A stretch of DNA of 64,000 nucleotides from Planctomycetota bacterium (lineage in GTDB: Bacteria; Planctomycetota; GCA-002687715; DRQF01). The stretch covers positions 41,753-105,752 of the forward strand of contig JALTLO010000141.1 in the NCBI GenBank assembly GCA_027001995.1. The letters run 5' to 3'. This document shows positions 39,098-50,031 of the stretch, piece by piece (positions within the stretch are counted from its first letter, which is position 1; each line of letters starts with the position of its first letter). Both the position numbers and the translations under genes were made by a program. The notes beneath the pieces are model-generated. The model was not told where the DNA came from. It saw only the letters and a program-made list of their open reading frames with translations, and ran no database searches.

Positions 39098-40525
39098 TTA
39101 TGACAGCACTGGGACTTCCGCAGCTTTTTTCATTCGTTGCCCAATGACATCCAAAGCCGCCACTCGATAGGCTTCGGCCATCGTTGGGAAATTGAAGATG
39201 TTCTCAACGAAGGCATCAACGGTCCACCCAGAACTGACCGCGGCTTGCCCCATTTGGACCAGCTCCGTGGCACCTTCTCCAACAGATTCAACACCGAGGA
39301 GCTTCTGCCCACAACCATCGCAAATGAGACGAAGCAAGCCCGTGGTGTTACCGGCGATTTGCCCCCGGGCCAGCTCGGAAAACTTGGCCGTCCCAACAAT
39401 GCAGGAACCGGCTTCATCGACCACGGACTTTTCCGTTTGACCGTAAGACGCCAACTCAGGTAGAGAATAGATACCGATGGGGATCGTCTTCGCGAACTCA
39501 GCGGTCTCAAGACCCAATGCATGGCGCACTGCCCTTCGGCCTTGCTCCATGGCTGAAGCCGCTAAACTCGGTGGACCAATAACATCCCCCACACCGTAAA
39601 TATGGGGCATCGAGGTTTGTAAGTCATCATTGACTGGCAACAGGCCACGATCCGTCAAACTCAGTCCAGCAACTTCTAAATTCATGCCATCTAAATTCGC
39701 GACTCGCCCCAGAGCAAAGAGCAACTTCTCTGTCTTGATCACCCGCCCGCACGCCAAGGTCGTTTCCACCTGGGAAACACCATCAAAGACTGCAGAAGTC
39801 ACTTTAGAATTTCCGACCCAATGGCCCCCCATCTCTTCGAAGGCCTCGACGAAACCGTTGACCAATTCCGGAGACATAAAACCAAGGGGGGTGGGATAGC
39901 GATCGACTTGGTAAACGTCCACCCCCAGAGAGGCAAAAATAGAGGCATACTCGCTGGCGATCACACCGCCCCCCAGGACCGTCAAACTTTTCGGTAGATA
40001 CTCCAACGATAAGATAGAATCGCTATCGAGAAGATTCTCATGATCGATATCCATTTCTTGAGGATCACGGGGGCGAGAACCTGTACCAATGACAATCGTC
40101 TTGCCACGAATGGTCTCCAAGCACTTGCCAGGGGATTCCACCTCAATCTCGTGAGCAGAAAGGAAACGGGCTCGGCCGTGAATCATTTCGATTCCGTTGC
40201 GGAGGATCTGGTCTCGCATGTAGTGTTGATGAGCCACAACAACTTCATCCACTCTGGCCATCATCGTTGAAATCGGCAGAGAAAGGACAGCTTCACGGTC
40301 AATTAAACCTGTGTTGCCTCTTTGAATTCGGAGCAAAGAACTGGCGGTGTCGTGCAAAGTCTTGCTGGGAATCGTACCCCGCAAAACACAGGCACCTCCG
40401 GGCAGTCTTTCTCTTTCCACCAAAGCAACACTCTTGCCAGACTTGGACGCTTGAATCGCCGCTTTTTGTCCAGCTGGGCCACCACCAAGAATGACAAAGT
40501 CAAATGATCTCATGTTATTGGTCAT
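39098..40525 (-). CDS. sthA: Soluble pyridine nucleotide transhydrogenase
   Basis: 'GGGPAGQKAAIQA', 'GGACVLRGTIPSK' (single Cys), 'FNFPTMAEAYRVAA'. Confidence 0.9.
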   Translation of the reverse strand: MTNNMRSFDFVILGGGPAGQKAAIQASKSGKSVALVERERLPGGACVLRGTIPSKTLHDTASSLLRIQRGNTGLIDREAVLSLPISTMMARVDEVVVAHQHYMRDQILRNGIEMIHGRARFLSAHEIEVESPGKCLETIRGKTIVIGTGSRPRDPQEMDIDHENLLDSDSILSLEYLPKSLTVLGGGVIASEYASIFASLGVDVYQVDRYPTPLGFMSPELVNGFVEAFEEMGGHWVGNSKVTSAVFDGVSQVETTLACGRVIKTEKLLFALGRVANLDGMNLEVAGLSLTDRGLLPVNDDLQTSMPHIYGVGDVIGPPSLAASAMEQGRRAVRHALGLETAEFAKTIPIGIYSLPELASYGQTEKSVVDEAGSCIVGTAKFSELARGQIAGNTTGLLRLICDGCGQKLLGVESVGEGATELVQMGQAAVSSGWTVDAFVENIFNFPTMAEAYRVAALDVIGQRMKKAAEVPVLS

Positions 40526-41337
40526 CCCAGAGCCTCCACCAAGGCGACGATTTTTTCACTCTTGGCATCTAGTTTATCTATGTCTTCAGAATAAAGGTTG
40601 AGAGCCATACATGCCCCATCCGAAATCGAAGCTTCCTGCTCGATTTCAGGTTCGATTGCTCTAGCAGCGAGAAAATCTGCTAGAGCAACGGTCTGAACGA
40701 TGTCCTCCAGATCGCCAGCGTCTTTAGGTGTCTCAGCAAAACGAACGGAGGCGCAGAGTTTTTCCGGCAGTCCCCAATCTTCAAGAACAAAAGAACTTAC
40801 GGTGAACCGATGTTCAGCGATCGCCTGATGAATCTCAGCTTCGTTCGCTCCGGCTTTTTCCAACTCGAAAATGATGACGGGAGAACCAATCTCTCGCATC
40901 AATCCCGCCAAGAAGGCCACCTCAACATTACTCCGTCGAATGCGCGCAATTTCTTGGGCAAAAACACCCCGGGCCATGGCCCGCTTGAAAAGGCGACTAA
41001 CCAATTTCTTGTTCTTTCCAGGCTTGAAGACAGCCCCCTTGCAGGCCGCTGCCACCGCAAGATCTCGCACGGTGGATAGCCCCAAACGATTCACCGCCAG
41101 TTGCAAGGAAACAATGGGGACATCCGGAGCATACATGGCAGAATTCGCCATCCGTAGAACATGAGCCATGAGAGCCTGATCTTTCTTGATCGTCTCCGTA
41201 AGATCACGAACATCACAGTCAGGATCGGCGCAAATCGCCATCACTTGGTTGGCGATTTCTGGCAACAAGGGAACTTCAAAATCCCCATCTCTTAAGCGCT
41301 CAATAATTGTCTTGGTATCCACGACCACGCTGCCCAT
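40522..41337 (-). CDS. HDOD domain protein
   Basis: 'VPLLPEIA', 'DQAL..VLRMANSA.Y', 'AFLAGLMREIG', 'WGLP'. Confidence 0.9.
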   Translation of the reverse strand: MGSVVVDTKTIIERLRDGDFEVPLLPEIANQVMAICADPDCDVRDLTETIKKDQALMAHVLRMANSAMYAPDVPIVSLQLAVNRLGLSTVRDLAVAAACKGAVFKPGKNKKLVSRLFKRAMARGVFAQEIARIRRSNVEVAFLAGLMREIGSPVIIFELEKAGANEAEIHQAIAEHRFTVSSFVLEDWGLPEKLCASVRFAETPKDAGDLEDIVQTVALADFLAARAIEPEIEQEASISDGACMALNLYSEDIDKLDAKSEKIVALVEALG

Positions 41338-41444
41338 CTCCTCGGCTTTGGGGATTTCTAAGAGGCCGGTCCATTTCGATGGAGCTCAGCGCTTCGGGCA
41401 GGTAGAGGCCCAATCCCCGTGTCCTGGTTATCGGTTTTCGGGAC

Positions 41445-42260
41445 TTAGGAGATGAAGGTGGAAATGAGATAGACCAAACCGACAACAAACACGTAGGGAG
41501 CAAAAAGCCATAACTTACCGCTCTTAACCATCTTAAGTAAGATCGTTAAAGATAAAGAACCGACCCCAAATGCGGTCAAGAATCCAGCGCACAAAGACAT
41601 AGCTGGAACCGAACTATCAGCAATGTTCCGGCTGTGAAGAATCGCAGCACCTAAAACAGCGGGTATGGCCATGAGGAAGGAGAAAGTCCCCGCTTGCTCG
41701 CGGCCGCAGCCAACCAAGGTCCCCGTTGCAATGGTCGACCCCGAACGAGAAATGCCAGGAATGATGGCGATGGCCTGGGCAATCCCCATGATCAAGGCCG
41801 TCTTCAGTCCCACGTCTCTTGAGATGGCGGAAGCATTTCGCCCTTTCGTAGCCAGAAGAACACACCCAGTCACAAGGAGCATAGCAGCGGCCAAACGGGC
41901 GCTGCCAAAGGCCTCATCAATCTGATCTTTGAGTAAGAGGCCCACAAGGACCGTCGGAATCGTCGCAGGAATCAAGAGAAGCAAGTGCCGAAAGCCTTGG
42001 TTTTTGACGAAAGAAATCGGCCAAGTTTTCCTCTTCAAAAGGAGAGGAAGAGCCGCAACCACCTCCATGACAGCAGGTCGCATAACCAAGAGAATACTGG
42101 CCAGAGTTCCTAAGTGAACGACAACTTCAAATGCCGGGGACTCTGCCACCTCAAGACCCAAAAGATCACGAGCCAAAACCAAATGCCCAGATGAGCTCAC
42201 GGGCAGAAACTCGGTCAATCCTTGGACCAAACCTAAGACGATTGACTCAAAGAGCCCCAA
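41445..42260 (-). CDS. uppP: Undecaprenyl-diphosphate phosphatase
   Basis: 'QGLTEFLPVSSSGHL', 'PGISRSGST'; TTG start. Confidence 0.95.
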   Translation of the reverse strand: MGLFESIVLGLVQGLTEFLPVSSSGHLVLARDLLGLEVAESPAFEVVVHLGTLASILLVMRPAVMEVVAALPLLLKRKTWPISFVKNQGFRHLLLLIPATIPTVLVGLLLKDQIDEAFGSARLAAAMLLVTGCVLLATKGRNASAISRDVGLKTALIMGIAQAIAIIPGISRSGSTIATGTLVGCGREQAGTFSFLMAIPAVLGAAILHSRNIADSSVPAMSLCAGFLTAFGVGSLSLTILLKMVKSGKLWLFAPYVFVVGLVYLISTFIS

Positions 42261-43472
42261 TTAACAGCACTCCCCGGGTTCGCAGCATGATCCCCCGTCC
42301 AAGGCTTCTTGAAACTTCTTTTCCAGTTCTGAACTCAACCCGAGGTGTTCCGCTTTTGGCCCACAATCGAAGGGAATTTTCTTGGCTTCGTCTTCTAAGG
42401 CCGCTGTCACCATGAATTGACCAGCATAAGGAGCGCGCGTCAAAAGATTGGCGGTTTTCTCACAAACACGCTCCCACTTGCCACGGACAAAAACATGGCC
42501 ATCATCGTCAGCAACTTGGCTCATGGGACCTGTATAGAGAGCAGAACGGTAAGTTTCATAACATGGCCCGACTTTTCCCTTATAAGCACGAATCGTCACA
42601 GAATGAAAATTGATGTCCTCAACCCGTTGCCAAAAGTAACTCTTCACTTCGGTCATGCCATGGAATCCCACAGCGGCAAAGGCTTGGTGAAATTCATGCC
42701 ATTGGAAAGCCCCAGAGAGACAGCCTGTCCAAAGATTGTCATCCTTTTTCAGGTGCTCAGGGATAGGACGGTCGGCGACAATATCTGAAATGGCAACAGA
42801 ACCGGTCTTCTTGATGACCCGATAAATCTCTTGCATCAGTTGTTTCTTGCGATCGTCGTCCACCAGATTGAGGACGCAATTCGAAACCACCAAGTCGATA
42901 CTTTCGTCAGGAATCATGACACACTGCTCAAGAGCCTGCTCAATTTCTTCCAAGGCATCATAGCTATCGATCTTGCGGTCCTGCGTTAGGCGAGCAAAGT
43001 CGTCCAAATCAACCTTCAGGTTCTCGATCAGACCACGACGAAACTCCACCATCGGTTTGGGGAAGCCCAAATTAACCATGACTTCAGGAATCGCCGCCCG
43101 GGACTTTTCAAGCATGGCAGGGGTCTTGTCGATGCCAATAACTCGGCCGTTGGGGCCGACTTTCTTAGCGATCATGAACACGTGTTTTCCAGAGCCGCTG
43201 CCCAGATCTAAGACTGTTTGCCCTTCTTCCGCATAGACCGTCGGGTCGCCGCAGCCGTAGTCGATGTCCAGAATAGACTGAGGGATGTGGCTCAAAGCAG
43301 CAGCGTCGTAGTCGACCGGACAGCATAGCGCTTCCTCTGATACGTCCGCTGCGGCACCATAGCGTTCTTGAGTGGCATCCAAATCTCTTTGGAGATAGGC
43401 CACCTCTTTTTGGAACTGGTTCAGGCGTTCAATCCGCCGGGGGTCTAATGACTGAAAATCTTGGTTTGGCAT
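42261..43472 (-). CDS. ArsM-like SAM-dependent methyltransferase
   Basis: 'LCCPVDY', 'YGCGDP', 'LDLGSGSG', 'SNCVLNL', 'GCLSGA', Cys-rich C-terminus. Confidence 0.75.
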   Translation of the reverse strand: MPNQDFQSLDPRRIERLNQFQKEVAYLQRDLDATQERYGAAADVSEEALCCPVDYDAAALSHIPQSILDIDYGCGDPTVYAEEGQTVLDLGSGSGKHVFMIAKKVGPNGRVIGIDKTPAMLEKSRAAIPEVMVNLGFPKPMVEFRRGLIENLKVDLDDFARLTQDRKIDSYDALEEIEQALEQCVMIPDESIDLVVSNCVLNLVDDDRKKQLMQEIYRVIKKTGSVAISDIVADRPIPEHLKKDDNLWTGCLSGAFQWHEFHQAFAAVGFHGMTEVKSYFWQRVEDINFHSVTIRAYKGKVGPCYETYRSALYTGPMSQVADDDGHVFVRGKWERVCEKTANLLTRAPYAGQFMVTAALEDEAKKIPFDCGPKAEHLGLSSELEKKFQEALDGGSCCEPGECC

Positions 43473-43730
43473 GACTGGGTGCTCTTCAATTCGATTTCTT
43501 GCGGGCCGCTTTCGAGGTCCAAAGGCAGGTTAACGCCCTGATCGAGAAATGGAAGATTGGAATTCTGGCATGGACAGGGAGATGTCACCCCCTTGGCAAC
43601 AAAAACTCGTGGCTGCCCAGGCAGAATCCCATGCAGAGGTTTACCTCAAGGCATCTCGTGAACCGAGCAAATCGTCGTTAGGATGACCACCGTTTAGATA
43701 CCACAATCATTTCAAGATCATTCTGGTGAA

Positions 43731-45104
43731 TTGACCATGGCGAATATCCACGAATCCATCCTGTCCTGCATTGGCAACACGCCCCTCGTCCGACTCAACC
43801 GCGTGACAGACGGCATCGTCACCCCGGTTTATGGCAAATGCGAGTTCATGAACCCAGGGGGCAGCGTCAAAGATCGCATTGGTCTTCCCATCATCGAAGA
43901 CGCTGAAAAAAGAGGTGCCATTCGCCCAGGCGGAACGATTGTCGAAGCGACGAGTGGCAATACGGGGGTGGGTTTGGCCCTCGCCGCCGCTGTGAAAGGA
44001 TACAAGTGTATCTTCACTCTCCCTGACAAGATGAGCTTGGAGAAGATCCGTTTGCTCAAAGCTACGGGGGCAGAAGTCGTGGTCACACCAACAGTTGCGC
44101 CAGATCACCCCGAATATTACACGACGGTCGCCAAGAACATCGTGAAGCAAACTCCCAATTCGTACTTTGCCAATCAATTCTACAACCAGGTCAACCCGGA
44201 AGCTCACTACAAGTCCACGGGCCCCGAGATCTGGGAACAAACCAATGGCAAGATCGATGTCCTTGTCGGCGGCTCTGGAACTGGGGGAACCATCAGTGGC
44301 AGTGCCAAATTCCTCAAGGAAAAGAACCCGAACATCCGGGTCATCGGGGCAGACCCAGTGGGTTCACTCCTCAAAGGCTTTAAGGAAACCGGAGAGTTGG
44401 GGGAGGGTGAGATCTACAAGGTTGAGGGCATCGGCAATGACAAAATCCCCGAAACCACCTGGATGGAATATATCGACGCTTTCATCTCGGTGGATGACAA
44501 GCAGTCTTTCAACATGGCCCGTCGGGTCTCTCGAGAGGAAGGTCTGTTTGTCGGTGGCAGCTCTGGCTCTGCCGTAACTGCTGCCCTCCAAGTAGCTAAG
44601 GAGCTCAATGACCCCAACAAAATGGTGGTGGTCATCCTTCCTTCAACCGGCGAGCGCTACCTTTCCAAATTCCACAATGATGAGTGGATGCAAGAAAACC
44701 GTTTCATGGAAGCTGGGGCCATTGACGTCCGCCGTTTACTCAACCAGAAATCAGAATCAAACCGCGAATTGGTCTGCGTCGAGAGCAGCAAGAGCATCAA
44801 AGCTGTTTTGGAGCTGATGAGTGAAAAGCACATTTCGCAAATCCCCGTCATCGAGCATGGGGAAAGCGTCGGTTCTGTTCGGGAGTCTCGATTGATGGCT
44901 CTTATTATTGAAAAGAATGCTTCTCTGGATGATAGCATTAACCAGCACTTGGAAGCGCCCTTTCCCGTCATTGGCGCCAATGAAACGATTGAGTTTGTGG
45001 GCCGACTCTTAGGTCGAGACAACCATGCTCTCTTGGTGAGGAATGGACCGGAAATCACCGGCATCCTCACCCGCCATGATGTCATTCAAGCCATGAACGG
45101 CTAA
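43731..45104 (+). CDS. Cystathionine beta-synthase with C-terminal CBS pair
   Basis: 'IGNTPLV', 'NPGGSVKDRI', 'GSGTGGT', C-terminal CBS domains. Confidence 0.9.
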   Translation: MTMANIHESILSCIGNTPLVRLNRVTDGIVTPVYGKCEFMNPGGSVKDRIGLPIIEDAEKRGAIRPGGTIVEATSGNTGVGLALAAAVKGYKCIFTLPDKMSLEKIRLLKATGAEVVVTPTVAPDHPEYYTTVAKNIVKQTPNSYFANQFYNQVNPEAHYKSTGPEIWEQTNGKIDVLVGGSGTGGTISGSAKFLKEKNPNIRVIGADPVGSLLKGFKETGELGEGEIYKVEGIGNDKIPETTWMEYIDAFISVDDKQSFNMARRVSREEGLFVGGSSGSAVTAALQVAKELNDPNKMVVVILPSTGERYLSKFHNDEWMQENRFMEAGAIDVRRLLNQKSESNRELVCVESSKSIKAVLELMSEKHISQIPVIEHGESVGSVRESRLMALIIEKNASLDDSINQHLEAPFPVIGANETIEFVGRLLGRDNHALLVRNGPEITGILTRHDVIQAMNG

Positions 45105-45109
45105 CAGCG

Positions 45110-45532
45110 CTGACGAAATTGGGATGGCAGAGACGAAAGAACAAGCAGGAAAGGCCTTCGATCTTTTCATCGACAAATACAAAACAAAGTACCCCAAAGC
45201 TGCGAACTGCTTGGCAAAAGATCGGGACGTGCTCCTGACCTTTTACGACTTTCCTGCTGAGCACTGGGGTCACCTGCGAACAACGAACCCAATCGAATCG
45301 ACTTTCGCTACGATTCGATTGCGTCACAAGCGCACCAAAGGATCAGGATCAAGAAAGGCTTGTTTGGCAATGGTCTTCAAGCTGGCGCTTTGCGCCGAGA
45401 AGAAATGGAGAAAACTCAACGGTGCTGCCCAGCTCCTCAAACTGGTCGCTGGGCATCGTTTTATTGACGGGATTATTGAGGAGAGGAGCGCCGCCTAATT
45501 CAAATCTCAAACACAACTCTTGAACATATCTC
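45110..45532 (+). mobile_element. IS256-family remnant A: transposase C-terminus and right end
   Basis: 'FYDFPAEHWGHLRTTNPIESTFATIRLR'; ends with IR-like 'cacaactcttgaacatatctc'. Confidence 0.85.
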
Positions 45533-45822
45533 ATCAGCGCCTTCATGACCAACAGTCCCGCTTCACCGCAAAGTGCCTCAATGGCACCATGGGTTGCAGC
45601 GAGAATCTGAGGAATGGGAAAGGCAAGCTGGATGACGCCATCTTGCGCCGAGACTACGCGACCCGATTCCTTCGTTATTGGCTTTCTTCTGGACTTGGTC
45701 GTCTTCTTGCGGTACTTCTTCTTTGACACGGTGGTTCCTCCTTGGGTTTCTGGTTGTGATTCAACTCCAGGTTACCCGGAACCACCGATGTCATCTCATT
45801 TCAACGGAAATAGGGACATCCC
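45533..45822 (-). mobile_element. IS256-family remnant B: left end and transposase N-terminus, interrupted by remnant A
   Basis: End 'gggatgtccctatttccgttgaa', RBS aaggagg, GTG 45729, 'QLAFPIPQILA..GLLVMKALM' truncated at the end of remnant A. Confidence 0.6.
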
Positions 45823-45865
45823 CCCGACATGGGCTAGATCCGACACCAAGTGGCCAACCATTCGG

Positions 45866-46309
45866 CTAGCTCGCATGGCTATCATTTCCATCACTGGGCA
45901 GACTCGGTGTTTCCATGGATTGGGGCGCCTGAGTTCCAGCCGCTGGCTCTATGGTGCGCGTTGGCGACGGCGAATTGTTATCCCCCGTGGCAGGAATACC
46001 GGATTCCAGTTGCAGCTTTTCGTTGCCGGCTTGAACACGCTCTTTCATGAGGCGACCGGCTTTGAAATGCACAACCGATTTGCTGGGCACATCGACCCGC
46101 ACACCGGTACGTGGATTGCGCGCTTTGCGCGCGGCCCTTGTTTTGATTTCGAAGACTCCGAATTCCCGAAACTCGAGTCGATTTCCCTGCGCTAACTCGT
46201 CAATGATCTCGTCAATGAAAGATTGGATGATCCTCTTGATCACAACCTTCTTTTGGCCGGTCTTTTCCGAGATGCGGTAGGCCAGTTCTTTTTTAGTCAC
46301 CGTGGTCAT
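45866..46309 (-). CDS. HU/IHF-family DNA-binding protein with C-terminal tail
   Basis: 'TKKELA', 'EFREFGVF', 'ARNPRTG', 'FKAG'; start reassigned to 46309. Confidence 0.92.
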   Translation of the reverse strand: MTTVTKKELAYRISEKTGQKKVVIKRIIQSFIDEIIDELAQGNRLEFREFGVFEIKTRAARKARNPRTGVRVDVPSKSVVHFKAGRLMKERVQAGNEKLQLESGIPATGDNNSPSPTRTIEPAAGTQAPQSMETPSLPSDGNDSHAS

Positions 46310-46584
46310 GCATATCCTCCGCGGCGCGAAAGTTGGTTGGATGGCGGTCACATACCGCCCTGATCTTGGTCCGAACTTTCATAAGCCCTTGATATCAATA
46401 GCACTATACACGAGCACGCGCGGAGGGATCAATTGCCTTTGCAAAATTCTTGCAGAACATCGCTTCGGCCTGATTCACAGAAGTCCTTAGAGAATCGAGT
46501 TTTAGGGCAAATCGGGGTGATCTCAGCACCGCCCACGCCGAGCAGGATCGTTCTAAGTCAATGCAAATGTGAAACTTAATAATA

Positions 46585-47058
46585 TTACTGAAACCTGGAT
46601 CCAAAGAGACCTCGCCAAACATCTTCTGGGGATGCGGCTCCTAAAAGTGCCCGGCGAATCTGAGCATTCGTGAAAGATTCCACCGTTTCCGCCAAAAGAC
46701 CCAGGTGCTGAGCACGCCCACTTTCGTTGTCCGCGAACAACAACATGAGGACAAAGACCGCTGGCTGCCCATCCATGGAAGCAAATTCCAGCCCTTGAGG
46801 AATGATGGCCAAGGCACCCACAGTGTCGATATCTTGCCCAATCATGCCATGAGGGATGGCGATCCCATCCTGTAGCCCGGTACTCAGTTGGTTTTCACGA
46901 TCCAAGACCGCTTGCAGTAAAGCTCTCTGATCAACAAATTCTGCACCTGGAAACCCCTCAGCGATCCGGGTGACCATGATGGCCAAAAGCTCTTCTTTGC
47001 TGCCACAATTCGGTCGCAGAAGGATTCGGTTGGGGCTTAAGATATCGATCAAACTCAT
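46585..47058 (-). CDS. PTS EIIA-type (fructose/Ntr-like) protein
   Basis: 'DRENQLSTGLQDGIAIPHG', 'DGQP'. Confidence 0.88.
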   Translation of the reverse strand: MSLIDILSPNRILLRPNCGSKEELLAIMVTRIAEGFPGAEFVDQRALLQAVLDRENQLSTGLQDGIAIPHGMIGQDIDTVGALAIIPQGLEFASMDGQPAVFVLMLLFADNESGRAQHLGLLAETVESFTNAQIRRALLGAASPEDVWRGLFGSRFQ

Positions 47059-47403
47059 GAATTAGCGGATCCTCTTTTCGTGCTCAACAAAACATAGCAA
47101 AAAGAGGAGATACTCAACTTCCTTCGGTACAATCCCGATGAGAATAAATGTGACGAAACTCTAAACATATTGCGGATTTACCAAGTTCAGGGGAGGCGAA
47201 ACTGAACTGAATTCGTTACTGTCACAACGTGTTGGTGAAGGACAAAGCAGCCAACAAGGGAAAATCGCGACTGAAAGTTCTGATCTGGTTGGAATAGACC
47301 TGCTTCGGCGGCGTCTGACCTCGTTGAAGACATAGTTTTTCTAAGTCTCGTTCCCCAGTAGAATACGCCTCAAAGACCGGAATATCGGCGGAGACATTGT
47401 GAG

Positions 47404-49905
47404 ATGAAGATTTTTGGCGGCAGCACCGCTCTCCTCATGCTTGTTGTTGGTTTCTTGAGTTTGCCACTGATGGGGCAAGACGAAGGAGAATCGAACGAGC
47501 TTGCCACGAAGACAGACGACAACCGTTTTATCTTTGCTCTCTCAAAAGACGGCATGCCATTTGAGAAATTCGTTCAGTTAGCCTCCCAGCTCACTGGCAA
47601 AGCTTTTGTCTATGACAGTCGTCGTATCCAAAACAAGAAGATCAATATGATCGGCAAAAAGGTCTTGAAGCGAGAAGACTTGGTGTCTTTCCTTCAAGTG
47701 CTGTTCTACTCCCACGAGATGGCCATCGTGCCGGTGGGACCGCCGGAGACAGAAGTCTTGATGATTGAAGACATCAAGACCTCCCAATCGCTTAAACAAA
47801 AGGCGACCTTTGTCTCTCTGGAGGAGCTCGAACAAAAACGGCGGCGTGTTGGAGAAATCGTCGCGACAACGATTCGACTCCGCTATATCCCAGTAGAAAA
47901 AGCTCAAAGAGCGCTGGCAAATATCGTCACCGATCATCGTGCGGGGTTCGTCCACTCCATCGAAGAATCCAATTCCCTCTTGGTGGCTAACTTCGCACCC
48001 ACAGTTTGGGCCATCTACCAGATGATCCAGGCCATGGATGTCCCTGTCCCAGAAAATGAGTTGTATTTCGAGCAGCTCGCTTTGGAATACCATGTTGCAG
48101 AAGACTTGGCCCCCATTATCGAAAACTTGATCGAAGTACGGGCCGAAATCAGCAACAGCGGCGGTAGCCGATCATCTTCGAGCCGAAACCGGCGCCCCAC
48201 AAGTAGCGGTTCGAATCAGACGCCCGCACCCAAAATTATTGCCGACCCACGGAATAACACCTTGCTCGTCTACGCAGTGGACGAATACATGAGTGAGATC
48301 AAACGCTTGGTGCAACTCCTGGACACCGAAGTTTCAGAATCCGTCAGCAACATTCACTACTACGAGCTGAAAAACACCAACGCCGAAGACATCCAAGACG
48401 TCCTCACAGATTTACTCAGCAGCAGTAATAACCGGGGCACTCGGGGCTCAGGCTCTGGTGGTAGATCAAGCTCACGGTCCAACAGCCGATCCAACACCAA
48501 TCAAAACAATCAAAACGAAGTCAACATCGTTGCCGACCCCAACACCAATTCATTGTTGATCACCGCCACACGCAATCGCTTTGAAGAAATCGCCGACATC
48601 ATTGCCAAGCTCGACAAACGTCGGCCACAAGTCTTGGTTCAGGCAGCCATCGCCGAGTTGTCGGACAACGATTTAGAAAATATTGGTGTCGAAATTGCCC
48701 AGGTCGAAAACGGTAGCGATGGCCTTTTTGGCGTGAGTAACTTTGGCCTTTCCACCATCGAAGACCGCAATAGCGGCGCGACGGGAGGAACCGGAACTGG
48801 CGGCGGCAATGCCAACGGTGGCACAGCGACGGGCCTCAACATGTTGAGTGACCTTGTTCGTGTTCCCAATTTGGATGCCCAAGGTTTAGTCACCGGCGTT
48901 TTCACCAACTTTATCGAAGTGCCACTTTTGGTGCAGTTGTTCAAGCAAACAGTCAAAGGCAACTTGGTTTCCGTGCCATCTATCTTGGTGAACGACAACC
49001 AAGAAGCACACATCATCGTGGGCGATGAAATTCCCACAACGGCTACGAACCAGGGTCAGTTCAGTGACCAGACTTCTTTCACCGGTTACCAACCTGCGAA
49101 CCTGGAACTTTCGATTTCACCCACAATCTCCAACGACAACTACTTGAGGCTCAATATCTTCTTGCGCGTTCAAGCCTTTGTCGGAGTTCAGACCAACTCC
49201 AACGTGCCACCTCAGAGGTCAACGCGGGAGATTGAAACGAACATCACAGTCCAAAGTGGCCGCACAGTTGTGATCGGTGGACTCACCACCGACAACCTGC
49301 GCCAAACCGTGCAGGGAATTCCTCTTTTGTCGGACATCCCAGTCTTGGGTTACTTGTTCCGCAATACAGGAACCCAACATGAAAAAACAACCTTGTACGT
49401 CTTTATCACACCAACGATCCTCAATGACTTTGACGAACTCGAACGTATCTCCTATGAGCGCAAACTCGAAATCGCCAAGTTGGACGGCCAAGTCAACATC
49501 GTTGATCCGGATTTCCGACAGTTGGAATTGGATGATGAAGAAATTAACATCGAAGCAATCGAAGCATCAGGCCACTTGGATCTGCCCCAATACAAACCGA
49601 GCATTACTCTGACTGACCCCAATGCTGGAGCTAACGCCGAAGGCATACCGGTCAAGCCCGCCCGACCGCTCAAGAAGTCGAGTGATGAAGAAGGGGACGA
49701 TGAAGAAACCCAAGGGGACGGTGTCAAGGCAGGATCAGTTCCTGCGGGGGCCGATCTATTCTCAGCCCCGTTGACCATTGAAGACGACGCTACAACAATT
49801 GCGGCTCAGAGCAGCAAAGTCGACAAAATGAAGACTAAGGCCGCTACTGCTGGCAAGCGTTTAGCTGGTGCAAAGCCGAAACCAGCCACGTCTGGTGGGC
49901 TTTAG
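47404..49905 (+). CDS. gspD: Type II secretion secretin
   Basis: N-domains ('IIADPRNNTLLV', 'IVADPNTNSLLI'), 'RPQVLVQAAIAE', 'GIPLLSDIPVLGYLFR', 'LYVFITPTI'. Confidence 0.92.
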   Translation: MKIFGGSTALLMLVVGFLSLPLMGQDEGESNELATKTDDNRFIFALSKDGMPFEKFVQLASQLTGKAFVYDSRRIQNKKINMIGKKVLKREDLVSFLQVLFYSHEMAIVPVGPPETEVLMIEDIKTSQSLKQKATFVSLEELEQKRRRVGEIVATTIRLRYIPVEKAQRALANIVTDHRAGFVHSIEESNSLLVANFAPTVWAIYQMIQAMDVPVPENELYFEQLALEYHVAEDLAPIIENLIEVRAEISNSGGSRSSSSRNRRPTSSGSNQTPAPKIIADPRNNTLLVYAVDEYMSEIKRLVQLLDTEVSESVSNIHYYELKNTNAEDIQDVLTDLLSSSNNRGTRGSGSGGRSSSRSNSRSNTNQNNQNEVNIVADPNTNSLLITATRNRFEEIADIIAKLDKRRPQVLVQAAIAELSDNDLENIGVEIAQVENGSDGLFGVSNFGLSTIEDRNSGATGGTGTGGGNANGGTATGLNMLSDLVRVPNLDAQGLVTGVFTNFIEVPLLVQLFKQTVKGNLVSVPSILVNDNQEAHIIVGDEIPTTATNQGQFSDQTSFTGYQPANLELSISPTISNDNYLRLNIFLRVQAFVGVQTNSNVPPQRSTREIETNITVQSGRTVVIGGLTTDNLRQTVQGIPLLSDIPVLGYLFRNTGTQHEKTTLYVFITPTILNDFDELERISYERKLEIAKLDGQVNIVDPDFRQLELDDEEINIEAIEASGHLDLPQYKPSITLTDPNAGANAEGIPVKPARPLKKSSDEEGDDEETQGDGVKAGSVPAGADLFSAPLTIEDDATTIAAQSSKVDKMKTKAATAGKRLAGAKPKPATSGGL

Positions 49906-50031
49906 GTACACACTGTCGAAGTGAAGGAACGTTTCCATCACTTGGGCAAACTTGTTTTCGCGTTGCGTCACGGGTCTTTGGGCTCGTGGCGCCACGTTGC
50001 TAAAGATTGATGACCAGGGAGTCATGGGACA

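Noticed and set aside
45349..45729. 126-aa ORF as an intact gene
   Set aside because: Chimera of a transposase N-terminus reading into the antisense strand of the other IS remnant
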